This document shows, piece by piece, positions 1-8,727 of a stretch of 49,264 nt of DNA; the first letter of the stretch is position 1; each line of letters begins with the position of its first letter. The notes under the pieces are model-generated. The model ran no database searches. It saw only the letters and a list, made by a program, of their open reading frames with translations, and was not told the origin of the DNA. The stretch spans positions 1-49,264 of IMG/VR virus record IMGVR_UViG_3300010398_000004; one strand, written 5' to 3'. The translations under genes and the position numbers were made by a program. Source of the DNA: a virus (taxonomy: Duplodnaviria; Caudoviricetes).

Positions 1-123
1 TGAAAGACATTACCGCAGCTATCAACCGGGTGAATGAAGCCATGACGTGCAAGACGGAGCAAAAGTAAACGAACCTGACAGGCAAGAGGTAACAGACATG
101 AGATACGTAATTCAACAGCGTCA
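1..123. repeat. Terminal direct repeat (circular assembly overlap), identical to 49142-49264
   Basis: tgaaagacattaccgc...ttcaacagcgtca is identical at both ends; the ORF ending at 49209 is duplicated at the start. Confidence 0.97.
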
Positions 124-143
124 CAAGCTGCGGTGAGCCCTCC

Positions 144-171
144 GGCCAGCCTTCGGGCTGGCCTTTTTTTT
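144..171 (+). terminator. Rho-independent terminator ending the early gene cluster
   Basis: GGCCAGCC-TTCG-GGCTGGCC followed by T8. Confidence 0.9.
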
Positions 172-254
172 GCTGCCTTCGCCGGAACTCGCGAAACCGC
201 GCCATTGGCGCACAGAGCCCGCAGGACGCAGCGTTTTTCAGGGGATATCAAGAT

Positions 255-266
255 ACCACATGTGGT
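255..266. promoter_or_regulatory. Palindromic operator copy ACCACATGTGGT
   Basis: Perfect 12-bp palindrome; same motif at about 439, 2391, 37914, 43812, 45692 and 48871. Confidence 0.65.
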
Positions 267-427
267 CTATCGCGAGTTTTCTGGTACCGATAGTACCCCT
301 TTGTTTTCTGGCGCATGCAGGCGTTATCGTTAAATATTCAATGTTTTGCGATAACGCCAAGCAGGCGCTGGTGGCGGGAAAGGACTTCCCAAGGGCTGCA
401 ATTCCCGCAATTCCCGCAATTTCTCTG

Positions 428-462
428 TTGCATCTAATCCACATGTGGTTTACGCTGAGAGT
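428..462 (+). promoter_or_regulatory. sigma70-type early promoter with operator in spacer; leaderless start
   Basis: TTGCAT(428)-N17 containing CCACATGTGG-TACGCT(451), ATG 6 nt after the -10. Confidence 0.8.
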
Positions 463-1092
463 ATGACAAAAACCATGACACGCGCCGCGACCAATCGCGG
501 TTCCTGCCAATGCTGCGGCAGAGTGCAAATGCTGCCCAGAGGTGTGCTTGCGAAGCACGGCTACACCACCAAATGGGGCTTTTTCTCCGGCGTCTGCCAG
601 GGAAGCGAACACCGCCCTTACGAGACTCACACGGATCTGATCGAGCGCTTTATCGAGTGGGCCGAAGAGAAGCGGGCCGATCTCGAATCCTTCCGCGCCA
701 CTCTCCTCGAACGCCCCGCCGAAGGCACTACCGAAGCCTGGGTCAACGTCTACCTCCCCCCCACCTTCCACAACAAGAACGGGTATACGTGGCGCAAGGT
801 CCCGCTCACTCTCACCATCCACCAGTGGCTCGGCGGCGACGGCTACACCGTCAATATCGAGTACCCCGACCAGGACCCCCAACGCGCAGGCCGCACTCAC
901 CGCATCGACTTCTACAGCCAGTGCCGCAACGCCGATTACACCGCCTCCACCAACCTGCTCGACTACATCCAAAACCTCAACGCCAAATACGCCGCCACCG
1001 TCGCCAAAGAAATCTCCCAGGTCGAAGACTACATCCGCTGGCAGCAACGCCGCCTAGCCGACTGGAAACTCCAGCCGCTCCTCCCCCTCTGA
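463..1092 (+). CDS. Phage early protein with N-terminal Cys/His cluster (CQCC..HGY..GVCQGS..PYE), function unknown
   Basis: ORF 445..1092 trimmed to the ATG at the predicted +1; followed by a terminator. Confidence 0.8.
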   Translation: MTKTMTRAATNRGSCQCCGRVQMLPRGVLAKHGYTTKWGFFSGVCQGSEHRPYETHTDLIERFIEWAEEKRADLESFRATLLERPAEGTTEAWVNVYLPPTFHNKNGYTWRKVPLTLTIHQWLGGDGYTVNIEYPDQDPQRAGRTHRIDFYSQCRNADYTASTNLLDYIQNLNAKYAATVAKEISQVEDYIRWQQRRLADWKLQPLLPL

Positions 1093-1118
1093 TCTCCCCA
1101 CCACCACCACCTCTTCCC

Positions 1119-1150
1119 AGGCCCGCCCTCAAACGCGGGCCTTTTTTATT
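1119..1150 (+). terminator. Rho-independent terminator
   Basis: AGGCCCGC...GCGGGCCT stem then TTTTTATT. Confidence 0.8.
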
Positions 1151-1266
1151 CCCATCCCCAATTTCAGATCCCACTGTCTCAATTGACGCAAACATCTTGA
1201 AGCTTTTTTGTTTTTGATCTAAAATGCGGGTCGGGTGGGCGGGAAAAGCTTTAGCTTTTCTTCTTC

Positions 1267-1788
1267 ATGGGAACCAATAAACGCACTGATGGCCTCCGCA
1301 ATTACACCAGACGCTCAACCTCCCATGACTTCTCCCCCGAACTCGCCAACACTATCTGTCACCTCGTCGCCCTAGGCTCTAACTTGTCTAGAATCTGCGA
1401 CGAAAACCCCAACATGCCCTCCCGCGAAGCTGTCTATTCCTGGCTCAGAAACAGCCCGACCTTCGCTGACCAATACGCGCGTGCGAGACAGGATCGTGGT
1501 GACTGGCGAAATGACCAGATAGATGTGATAGCAAAGGACTTACGCGATGGTAAACTGGATGCAAATGCGGCTCGTGTGCTCATCGATGCGCTGAAATGGC
1601 AGGCTGCTCACGAGGCACCCAAGGTTTACGCGGATAAGGTTGAAATCAATGCACTTACAACCGTCAGAACCTTCAATGGGATGGATGAACTCCTCGACTT
1701 CTATCGCAGCTTACCGGCCAATGCGACCGAAGACGGTCGCACCATTGAAGTTAAGGCAATTGAAGGGCCAAACTCTGACGACTCGTAA
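1267..1788 (+). CDS. terS: Terminase small subunit (Sf6 gp1-like)
   Basis: FSPELANTIC..G..L..IC...MPS...VY.WL...F..QYARAR and ID..KW.A...PK.Y.DK motifs typical of Sf6-type TerS. Confidence 0.85.
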   Translation: MGTNKRTDGLRNYTRRSTSHDFSPELANTICHLVALGSNLSRICDENPNMPSREAVYSWLRNSPTFADQYARARQDRGDWRNDQIDVIAKDLRDGKLDANAARVLIDALKWQAAHEAPKVYADKVEINALTTVRTFNGMDELLDFYRSLPANATEDGRTIEVKAIEGPNSDDS

Positions 1789-2266
1789 CGCATTGATTTC
1801 AGAGCATTTAAGCTGGGCTCATGCCATCGCTGGGAAAGTGGCCCAAGGATTGCCTTCGTGGTGGACGCAGGACGATCTGATAGGTCCGGCAGAGTTGGCT
1901 CTGGTGCGCAGCGCAGCCCTTTACAGCCCTCTCCGTGGAAAGTTCCGTACCTTTGCGTATCCTTACGTTCGAGGAGCTTGCATAGACAGCGTGCGCCGCA
2001 GCAAATATGCGGAGCGGCAGCACGCCAAGTTGTTGGAAAACCACGCTGTTTGCGTCCCAGAGCCGGAAGAAGCGGTCGATGCAGCGAAGGACTCCGAGAT
2101 ATGGGCGATTGTCCAGCGGCTTCCTGTACGGCACGCTAAGGTCATTGTTAGCCATTACATAGAGGGTAAGAGCCTGAAAGCGCTGGGGAGAGATTGGGGC
2201 TTGTGTGGGAGCCGGATTTCGCAGTTGCACGGCGAAGCGCTGGCGATGCTGCGTGATCTCGTATAA
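1760..2266 (+). CDS. sigma70-family sigma factor, FliA/WhiG (sigma28)-like, region 3 deleted; start uncertain (1640-1775)
   Basis: Region 2: LP...DDL...L...Y...G.F.T.A...RGA.ID..R; region 4: LP.R..VI..Y.EG.SLK..G...SRISQLH..AL..LR (E. coli FliA has SRVSQLH). Confidence 0.88.
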   Translation: MKGQTLTTRNALISEHLSWAHAIAGKVAQGLPSWWTQDDLIGPAELALVRSAALYSPLRGKFRTFAYPYVRGACIDSVRRSKYAERQHAKLLENHAVCVPEPEEAVDAAKDSEIWAIVQRLPVRHAKVIVSHYIEGKSLKALGRDWGLCGSRISQLHGEALAMLRDLV

Positions 2267-2275
2267 CCATCGTCA

Positions 2276-2303
2276 ACTTCCCATAACATGCAGTATGTCC
2301 ACT
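2276..2303 (+). other. dif-like XerC/XerD recombination site
   Basis: ACTTCCCATAA-CATGCA-GTATGTCCACT (11-6-11); each arm 8/11 identical to B. subtilis dif ACTTCCTAGAA-N6-TTATGTAAACT; IHF-like site at 2306-2318. Confidence 0.55.
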
Positions 2304-2386
2304 TTTATCTTGTTGATTCTACAGTCATTTCCCTATCTCATCCCCTTCTCTTCCTAAGCTCTTCGCCTACACTTTTCAAAAGTGGC

Positions 2387-2403
2387 TAATCCGCATGTGG
2401 TTA
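2387..2403. promoter_or_regulatory. Operator copy TAATCCGCATGTGGTTA
   Basis: Matches the CCRCATGTGG motif family. Confidence 0.55.
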
Positions 2404-2816
2404 AGCCCCCCCGCCACCCCACCGCCAGACCGCCACCCGGTGCCGGGTAGGCGTGAGATGACCACCTTTCGGGGGAATCGGGCCGCGCGGCCTCTTTTCC
2501 GCTAACCCATAGAAAAATATAGAAAAAAAACTGAAAAAGTAATTTGTGTGTGAAAGTACATGTCTACTGCTGCTGGAGTACGGGTTTATATAAGGATACG
2601 CTTCAGGGAATATTCAGGAAGGATTTTGTAGGATAGGGGTGGTGGCCTGCTAAACGCTTGGGGTCATGACCTGGGCGGCAGCGGTATTCCCTGCCTGACT
2701 GTATGCGGGCCACTTTGTAGTAATGTTTAGGGGTGCGGGCCGTTCAGGGTTCAGGTGTCATGGCCTGAGCCGGGAGCTAGCTCCTGCCTCCGGACGGCTC
2801 GCACGTGGGAGGCGTG

Positions 2817-3245
2817 ATGGAGAGGTTGTATTGTGCGAGTTGCGGAGGCCCGATGTTAAGGATGGGCAGGCCGAAGCCGAAGCTGGGGGATTCGCACCGG
2901 GATGTGAAGGATTGCATTGAGTATCTGAGGCAGTTGCATGTGCAGGACTCCAACCGGTTGGACGATCATGCGGTGGAATTGGATGAGTTCAAGGACGAGA
3001 TGAAGTTGCAGAATCCGGCGTTGCTGGAGCGGCAGGTGAAGGCGCTGGAGGTGATCGCGCAGCGTCTGGCATGTATCGATCAGGCATTGGACGGTCTTTT
3101 TCCTCTGGAGAGGATTCTGGATTTGCTCAAGGGGATGGCTTTCCGTGTTCCCGGCGATCCGGAAATCTATCTCAATGTGCGTTCGCAGAACCCGCAGGGG
3201 GATGCGATCATCAACGCCTCGCAGCATGCGTTTAACGGAACCTAG
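2817..3245 (+). CDS. Hypothetical protein with N-terminal CxxC and coiled coil
   Basis: ORF 2805..3245; GGGAGG upstream of ATG 2817. Confidence 0.65.
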   Translation: MERLYCASCGGPMLRMGRPKPKLGDSHRDVKDCIEYLRQLHVQDSNRLDDHAVELDEFKDEMKLQNPALLERQVKALEVIAQRLACIDQALDGLFPLERILDLLKGMAFRVPGDPEIYLNVRSQNPQGDAIINASQHAFNGT

Positions 3246-3523
3246 CCGGTGCGTTCTTTCTCTTGAAGCAAGGCCAGTGCTTCGGGGCTGAAGGTGATCG
3301 TAAGCGAACCGTCAGGGCTCTGAAATTTTTTGAGTCTGCGTTTCAGTTCTTCGCGGTTGCCCAGCAGTTCGATGGCCTGTTTGAGGGGTTGATACATCTC
3401 CGGCTTCAGCCTGTCGAGGCCTTCACGTTCCAAGAGCTTTTTGGTGGTGCGCAGGAATCCCAGATCGCGCTGTAGCTGATCTACGGCGGCGTTGAGGTTG
3501 GCATAGCGCATCGGTTGGGGCAT
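3242..3523 (-). CDS. Hypothetical helical protein (antisense insert in late region)
   Basis: MPQPMRYANL...; purine-rich RBS; stop overlaps that of the convergent gene. Confidence 0.55.
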   Translation of the reverse strand: MPQPMRYANLNAAVDQLQRDLGFLRTTKKLLEREGLDRLKPEMYQPLKQAIELLGNREELKRRLKKFQSPDGSLTITFSPEALALLQEKERTG

Positions 3524-3537
3524 CTTCTCTTCCAGAT

Positions 3538-3565
3538 TAAGCCTTTTTGCATCTGGTGGCGATAA
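3538..3565 (+). promoter_or_regulatory. sigma28-type late promoter 1 (terL operon)
   Basis: TAAG-N16-GGCGATAA. Confidence 0.8.
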
Positions 3566-3668
3566 GGAGGCACACACGGTAGTTCTCTGTTCGCTGGGAA
3601 AGGTGAGAACGCTGGGGGCGGCTGGTTGTGCGACTTGAGCCGCCCCATTATTTTGCAAGGAGGTGTTT

Positions 3669-3878
3669 ATGGCGAAGTTGACGAGTGCGGCAAGGAACAA
3701 GATCCCTTCGGGGAAGTTCGGGTTGCCGGGCGAGAGGGCCTATCCCGTTGAAGATAAAGCACATGCTGCGAATGCGAAGGCACGTGCTACGCAGCAGTTG
3801 GAGAAGGGCAATCTCTCTCCGGCGGAAGCGGCGCAGATCCGCGCGAAAGCGAACAAGGTGCTGGGGAAGGGCAAGTAG
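3669..3878 (+). CDS. Small basic phage protein (DUF6582-like; F.LP.ER.YP..D..HA.NA.AR)
   Basis: AAGGAGGT RBS; motif commonly seen near phage head genes. Confidence 0.8.
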   Translation: MAKLTSAARNKIPSGKFGLPGERAYPVEDKAHAANAKARATQQLEKGNLSPAEAAQIRAKANKVLGKGK

Positions 3879-3920
3879 CTGGGGCCGATTTTAGTCAGTT
3901 TTGCGGGACCGCTGGAGATC

Positions 3921-4358
3921 GTGCATTCGCTGGCATGGGACGATGCGGTTGGGCGCTTTACATGGCAGGTTGAGAACTGGAAAGTTTCGGGAGAGAACAT
4001 GGCGGCAACGATGCAGACGGGGACTCACGCCAGCTTGCAGGTCAAGTGGGTGGACAAGAACGGGCAGGCGGCGAAAGTAGATGGACAGACAAGCTGGGAA
4101 AGCGTTGATCCGTTGATGCTGGAAGTGACGGTGAATCAGGCGGATTCGACGGCGGCGACTTTGTATGCGCCAGGACCGGTCGGATCGACGCAGGTGCATG
4201 CCACCGCTGACGCCGATATGGGCGAAGGCATCAAAACGATTACCGCGACTCTCGATGTGACGGTGATTACGGGCGAGGCCGTGGGCGGTGAGATCACGTT
4301 CCTGCCGGAAGCGGCAATTCCTGTCGGGGGCGCACCGGCTCCTGTTCCTGCGGCGTGA
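3921..4358 (+). CDS. Ig-like beta-sandwich protein, probably virion-associated; start uncertain (3879/3921/3999)
   Basis: V.WVD..G..A.VDG...W.S.DP beta-rich pattern; GTGA overlap with terL. Confidence 0.7.
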   Translation: MHSLAWDDAVGRFTWQVENWKVSGENMAATMQTGTHASLQVKWVDKNGQAAKVDGQTSWESVDPLMLEVTVNQADSTAATLYAPGPVGSTQVHATADADMGEGIKTITATLDVTVITGEAVGGEITFLPEAAIPVGGAPAPVPAA

Positions 4359-6100
4359 CCGCCGAACCTATCTCGCGCAACGCCCTCAACGCCCTCATCG
4401 CTATATATAAGGATCATGCGGCGTTTTGCTCGCGCCTTACGATCCGCAATAAAGAGGGTGTTTCGGTGGTTTACCGGCCTTCTCCGGGGGGCCGCAAGCT
4501 CTCTGCGGCTATCAGACGGCAGGAAGAGGCCGGTAAACCCGTAAGATTGGTGGTCTTGAAGGCCTCCCAGGTCTGGATGTCCAGCAGTTGCGCGACCGAG
4601 ATATTTAAAAGGATACCGTTCTGGGGCGGCAGGCGTGCCTTAGTCATCGCGGATACCCAGGCGCATGCCGATTTAGTCTTCAGTTACTATGATCAGTACA
4701 TCAAAAGTTATTCCCTGAATCCCATTGGAACCGGCGCAGCCGCCGGTCTGTTGCAGCTACCCCGCGTGGAGAAGGATACCGAACAGAATATAAGGTGGTC
4801 GAACGGCAGCAGTATCTTGATTGGAACAGCCAATAACATCGATATCGGGCGCTCCGCGCCGTATAACTGGGCGCAGCTAAGTGAAGCGGCGTTTTATAGG
4901 TCACTTAGTGCCCTGATGACTGGCTTAATGCAGAGAGTCCCCGAAAGCGCCGAAAGCGGAGTAATTGTGGAGTCAACCGCCAACGGCGAAGGCGGCGATT
5001 TCTACGACTTATGCCAGTTAGCCATGTCCGGTAAGTCGGGTTGGGGCTTCTGCTTCTTCGCTTGGCACGAACACCCGGAAAATAGCTGTAAGCCGGAAGA
5101 TCTGGGCTACAGGGACTCCGGCGCATTCGAGCGCACGCTAACCAGAGACGAACAAAGCGAACGCGACCAATACCATCTATCGCTTGATCAGTTAGCATGG
5201 CGCAGGCGCAAGATAGAAACCGACTGTAGAGGTCACATCGAGTCCTTCCGCCAGGAACATCCGGCGAATCCGCAGGAGGCTTTTCAGGGAAGCGGAAGAA
5301 AAATCTTCGATGTTCAGGCTTTATCGCGCATGCCGCTCATCGAGGAGCCCGCCAGAGGCCGTCTGGAGCTTTTTCCCGTGGGAATGGAGAAAAAGGTCCA
5401 GTTTTTGCTCTCTCCCGGCGGCGAACTCGCGATTTACCGCCAACCGGCCAAGGGCGGGCGCTACGTAATCGGCGTCGATCATGCCGAAGGCATCGATCCC
5501 TCAGCCCGCGACGGCCATTCCGACCCCGATTACTGCTGCGCCCAGGTCTTGGACGCCGATTCCGGCGAACAGTGCGCCGTCTGGCATGACCGGCTCGAGC
5601 CGCGACCGTGGGCGCAGGCCGTTTACTATCTCGGAGTGTACTTTAACCACGCATTTTGCGTACCTGAGCAAAAAGCCCTGGGAAAAGCCGTAATCGGCCA
5701 CTTACTCGAACTTACGTATCCAATCGACTTAATCTATTCGGCGGAACGCGACCCCTCCGACCGCAGGACCGCTCTGCTGCAAGAATTGGGCTATGACACC
5801 AACACCGTTTTCAGGCCGATCCTCATATCGGCACTCGACACCGCCCTCCGCGAAATGGCCGTATCGGTCCATGACGGCCCAACGCTCTCGGAACTCCGCG
5901 CGTTCGTACGCAAGGCGAATGGCAGAGAGGAAGGAATCCGCCATGACGACTACGTATTTGCGCTGGCTCTTGCGGTGGTAGGGCTGGGACGAGCCCGCAA
6001 GGCGTTCACGCACCGCGAACAGCGTGAAAAAACTCTCCAGGCGGCAGTGTGGAAGCCCATCAAATACGGCCAGAGGCCCCGGCCCGTGGACGACGATTAA
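4355..6100 (+). CDS. terL: Terminase large subunit
   Basis: Walker A-like LKASQVWMSS, Walker B LSEAAFY, coupling motif ESTANG, RNase H-like YVIGVD..EG and HDDYVFA. Confidence 0.93.
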   Translation: MTAEPISRNALNALIAIYKDHAAFCSRLTIRNKEGVSVVYRPSPGGRKLSAAIRRQEEAGKPVRLVVLKASQVWMSSSCATEIFKRIPFWGGRRALVIADTQAHADLVFSYYDQYIKSYSLNPIGTGAAAGLLQLPRVEKDTEQNIRWSNGSSILIGTANNIDIGRSAPYNWAQLSEAAFYRSLSALMTGLMQRVPESAESGVIVESTANGEGGDFYDLCQLAMSGKSGWGFCFFAWHEHPENSCKPEDLGYRDSGAFERTLTRDEQSERDQYHLSLDQLAWRRRKIETDCRGHIESFRQEHPANPQEAFQGSGRKIFDVQALSRMPLIEEPARGRLELFPVGMEKKVQFLLSPGGELAIYRQPAKGGRYVIGVDHAEGIDPSARDGHSDPDYCCAQVLDADSGEQCAVWHDRLEPRPWAQAVYYLGVYFNHAFCVPEQKALGKAVIGHLLELTYPIDLIYSAERDPSDRRTALLQELGYDTNTVFRPILISALDTALREMAVSVHDGPTLSELRAFVRKANGREEGIRHDDYVFALALAVVGLGRARKAFTHREQREKTLQAAVWKPIKYGQRPRPVDDD

Positions 6101-6111
6101 AGGAGCCGAAA

Positions 6112-6270
6112 GTGCATATGACGATCAAAACGGTTCTGATCCTGCTCAGTATCATTCTGCTGTTTCTCCAGGCCCTCGACGTGAAATCGCAAAGAGTGCC
6201 GATCAGTCTCGGCTGGCTCGGGCTCGCCGTTCTGGCTTGCGCCCTATTGCTGCCGAACACTTTCGGCTAG
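6112..6270 (+). CDS. Small two-TM membrane protein (holin candidate)
   Basis: AGGAG RBS; hydrophobic segments VLILLSIILLFL and LGWLGLAVLACALLL. Confidence 0.6.
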   Translation: MHMTIKTVLILLSIILLFLQALDVKSQRVPISLGWLGLAVLACALLLPNTFG

Positions 6271-6431
6271 GTAAAAATTCTGTTACTCTGGAAGACGATT
6301 CGTAGTTTGTCTGTCGGAAATGCGGGGTCCGGACGTTCCCCGTGTCCTGCCCCGCACGATCTGATACGCTTTGTCCTGCGCGTCCACACGGGGCGGGACG
6401 TCTGTAACCCCTCTTTCGCGTCCTGCCCCGC

Positions 6432-6459
6432 TAATCCCTTTCCCCGTTCCTGGCGATAA
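6432..6459 (+). promoter_or_regulatory. sigma28-type late promoter 2 (portal, apparently leaderless)
   Basis: TAAT-N16-GGCGATAA, GTG start 6 nt downstream. Confidence 0.7.
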
Positions 6460-6465
6460 GGGGAC

Positions 6466-8709
6466 GTGCCGGATGACCGGAAAACCCTCCAGATCCCGTT
6501 GAGCGACCGGGAAAAGCAACGGCTCATCACCCGCATCGAGAACGACTTTAACCAAAGCAAATCCGCACACCAGCGCCGCTGCGAACGCGCCCGCATGTGG
6601 ATGCAGAAGTGGCAGGACCGCGTGCCGCCCCCCAAGCCGGGAGACGAAGCGAAGCCCAATAACACCGTCCCCCTCATCCGCTGGCAGGTCTTCAATAAGT
6701 TAGCCAGGGATGTGCAGGCGCTCTTCGGGGACGATGCCGAAATTACCGCAAGGCCGACCGGCCCGTCCGATGCTTCCAAGGTCGCCAAGGTCGGAAGGTA
6801 TATGACGAGCCGCCTGTTCGACCAGATGGAGATTCTCAACAGCTTCATCGAGTTCCAGTTCCGGCGCATCCTGAACGGGCGCAGCATCGCCTACCGTCCG
6901 TGGCACGAAAGCGAATTCGAGATTATCCAGGACGGCCAGCGCATGCGCGTCATGGACTATGAAGGACCCGGCTTTCAGCCCTGCGAGTTGGACGATATCG
7001 TAGTGCCGCCGGAGCGCGGCGTACGCTCGATTCAGGATTTCTCCTTCGTCATCCGGCGCGTGCGCTATACCGTCGATTATCTGCAACAGCAGGACGGCAA
7101 GCTTTTCCAGGGCACCTCCGATCAGGATTTCGTCACCCGCGCCATCAAGTATGCGCAGCAGTCGGGTTCGGCCAACGATTACACGCTGGTGACGCAGGAC
7201 CCCGTGCGCCAGGAAACCGAAGCCGCCGAAGGCGTGAATTACGACACGTGGTTCGGCGGCAGGCGATCCCTCTGGGTGCACGAATGGTACGGCAAGTGGC
7301 GTCCGTTGAAAAACCAGAACGTGGACGGCGAACAGGACGATCTCTCCAAACGCGAGCGCTACGAAGCGGATCTGGTGGTGCGCTTCATCCCCGGCATGCG
7401 CGAGATCGTGGGTTGCCAGGACCTGCTCGTGCTCTATCCCCACATGCACCGCAGAAGGCCGTTCGTCGAGTCTTCTCTGGTGAAAGACGGCACTTATTGG
7501 TCGATGGGCTTCGGAGCCATGCTTGAGGACTTGGAAAACGAAGCCACGGCCAACAGCCGCATGCTCACCGCTGCGGGTGAACTGAGTATCTGGCCTATCA
7601 TCTTTTATAAGCCGGGTGCCGCGAATCTCAACCCCGGCAACTTCCGCTTGGAACCCGGCGTGGCTTACGCCTCCGAAGCCCCCGGTGAGATTAACGTCGT
7701 CTCGCTGCGCCCTAATCTCGAATACGCGTTGATGAAACAGCAGGATACCCTGTCGCTCGCAGAGCGCGTAACTTCCATCACCGATCAGTCGCTGGGCCGT
7801 TCCATCGAACGTCCTAATGCGCCGCGAACGGCCACGGGCCAGCTTGCCTTGATTGAAGAAGGCAATATCAGAGCGTATTTGGACGCCACCATCCTCAGAG
7901 AGGACATGGAAAGAATCATCACCGATTTCTGGGAACTGGATTGCAGTCTGGTGCCTAAAAAGGAGCCGGGACTCTTTTTCCGCGTGACCGAAGAACAGGC
8001 TCAGGGCCTGTTCGACGTCGCGCAGGGCGGCGCGTACATGACTCCCAAGGAATTCGCGGGGCGCTACGATTTTCGGCTCAAATTTGCCGCTTCCCACTGG
8101 TCGAAGGAGGCGCAGAGCCAGAAAATGCTGGCCTTTTATACCTTAGCCGTGCAAAACCCGTTAGTCATGACCAACCCGAAGGCCCTCTGGAGCCTGCTCA
8201 ACCGCGTGTCCAAAGCGATGGGGATGGAGGATTTCACGGCAGTGATTCCGGAGCCGCCGGATATGGACCGTCTCAAAACACCGGACGAGGAATGGAGCGC
8301 GATGCTCGAAGGCGACGACAGCATCCACCCCAACCCGCATGACGACGATCAGGGCCATCTGGTGGCCCACCAGAAACAGTTGGAGCAGGCGCGGAAAGAT
8401 CCGGAACGCGACGTGCAGGCCATCTATCTCCTCATCCACCACATCACCGAAACCCGCCAGCAGCAGCGCACCAAGATGCTGATGAGCGTGTTGAGCAATC
8501 AGGTGGTGCAGTCGATAGGCCCGCAGAATCAGATGCCTCCGCATCCCCTGATTCAGCAGTTGGCGCAAGCTTATGGTGGTGGAATGCCACCCCCGGTCGG
8601 ACAGCCCGCGCCTCCGCTGGCCCCGGCGCAGGCGGGCGAAATTCCGCCACCACCAGAACAGGTAGGAGCCCAGAATCTGGCCCCGCAGCCCAGCGGTGGC
8701 CTCATGTAG
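6466..8709 (+). CDS. Portal protein (P22-like) with Pro/Gln-rich tail
   Basis: 747 aa after terL; W.MGFG..L.DL, RTATG...L...N motifs and DDD..H...H C-terminal motif typical of podovirus portals. Confidence 0.88.
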   Translation: MPDDRKTLQIPLSDREKQRLITRIENDFNQSKSAHQRRCERARMWMQKWQDRVPPPKPGDEAKPNNTVPLIRWQVFNKLARDVQALFGDDAEITARPTGPSDASKVAKVGRYMTSRLFDQMEILNSFIEFQFRRILNGRSIAYRPWHESEFEIIQDGQRMRVMDYEGPGFQPCELDDIVVPPERGVRSIQDFSFVIRRVRYTVDYLQQQDGKLFQGTSDQDFVTRAIKYAQQSGSANDYTLVTQDPVRQETEAAEGVNYDTWFGGRRSLWVHEWYGKWRPLKNQNVDGEQDDLSKRERYEADLVVRFIPGMREIVGCQDLLVLYPHMHRRRPFVESSLVKDGTYWSMGFGAMLEDLENEATANSRMLTAAGELSIWPIIFYKPGAANLNPGNFRLEPGVAYASEAPGEINVVSLRPNLEYALMKQQDTLSLAERVTSITDQSLGRSIERPNAPRTATGQLALIEEGNIRAYLDATILREDMERIITDFWELDCSLVPKKEPGLFFRVTEEQAQGLFDVAQGGAYMTPKEFAGRYDFRLKFAASHWSKEAQSQKMLAFYTLAVQNPLVMTNPKALWSLLNRVSKAMGMEDFTAVIPEPPDMDRLKTPDEEWSAMLEGDDSIHPNPHDDDQGHLVAHQKQLEQARKDPERDVQAIYLLIHHITETRQQQRTKMLMSVLSNQVVQSIGPQNQMPPHPLIQQLAQAYGGGMPPPVGQPAPPLAPAQAGEIPPPPEQVGAQNLAPQPSGGLM

Positions 8710-8727
8710 AAAGGATTCATACATCTC

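Noticed and set aside
1-123. Terminal repeat as a biological DTR
   Set aside because: It begins inside a gene and has k-mer-overlap size; more likely an assembly circularisation artefact
98-136. 12-codon ORF MRYVIQQRHKLR with GAGGT RBS before the terminator
   Set aside because: Too short to support; may be a truncated gene relic
331-354. TAAA...TGCGATAA as another sigma28-type promoter
   Set aside because: Spacer is 12 rather than 16 and the -10 deviates
6700-8097. Long antisense ORFs (6700-8097, 10182-11666, 38747-40075, 43059-45278 and others)
   Set aside because: Shadow frames of well-supported genes in GC-rich DNA, with no motifs or RBS
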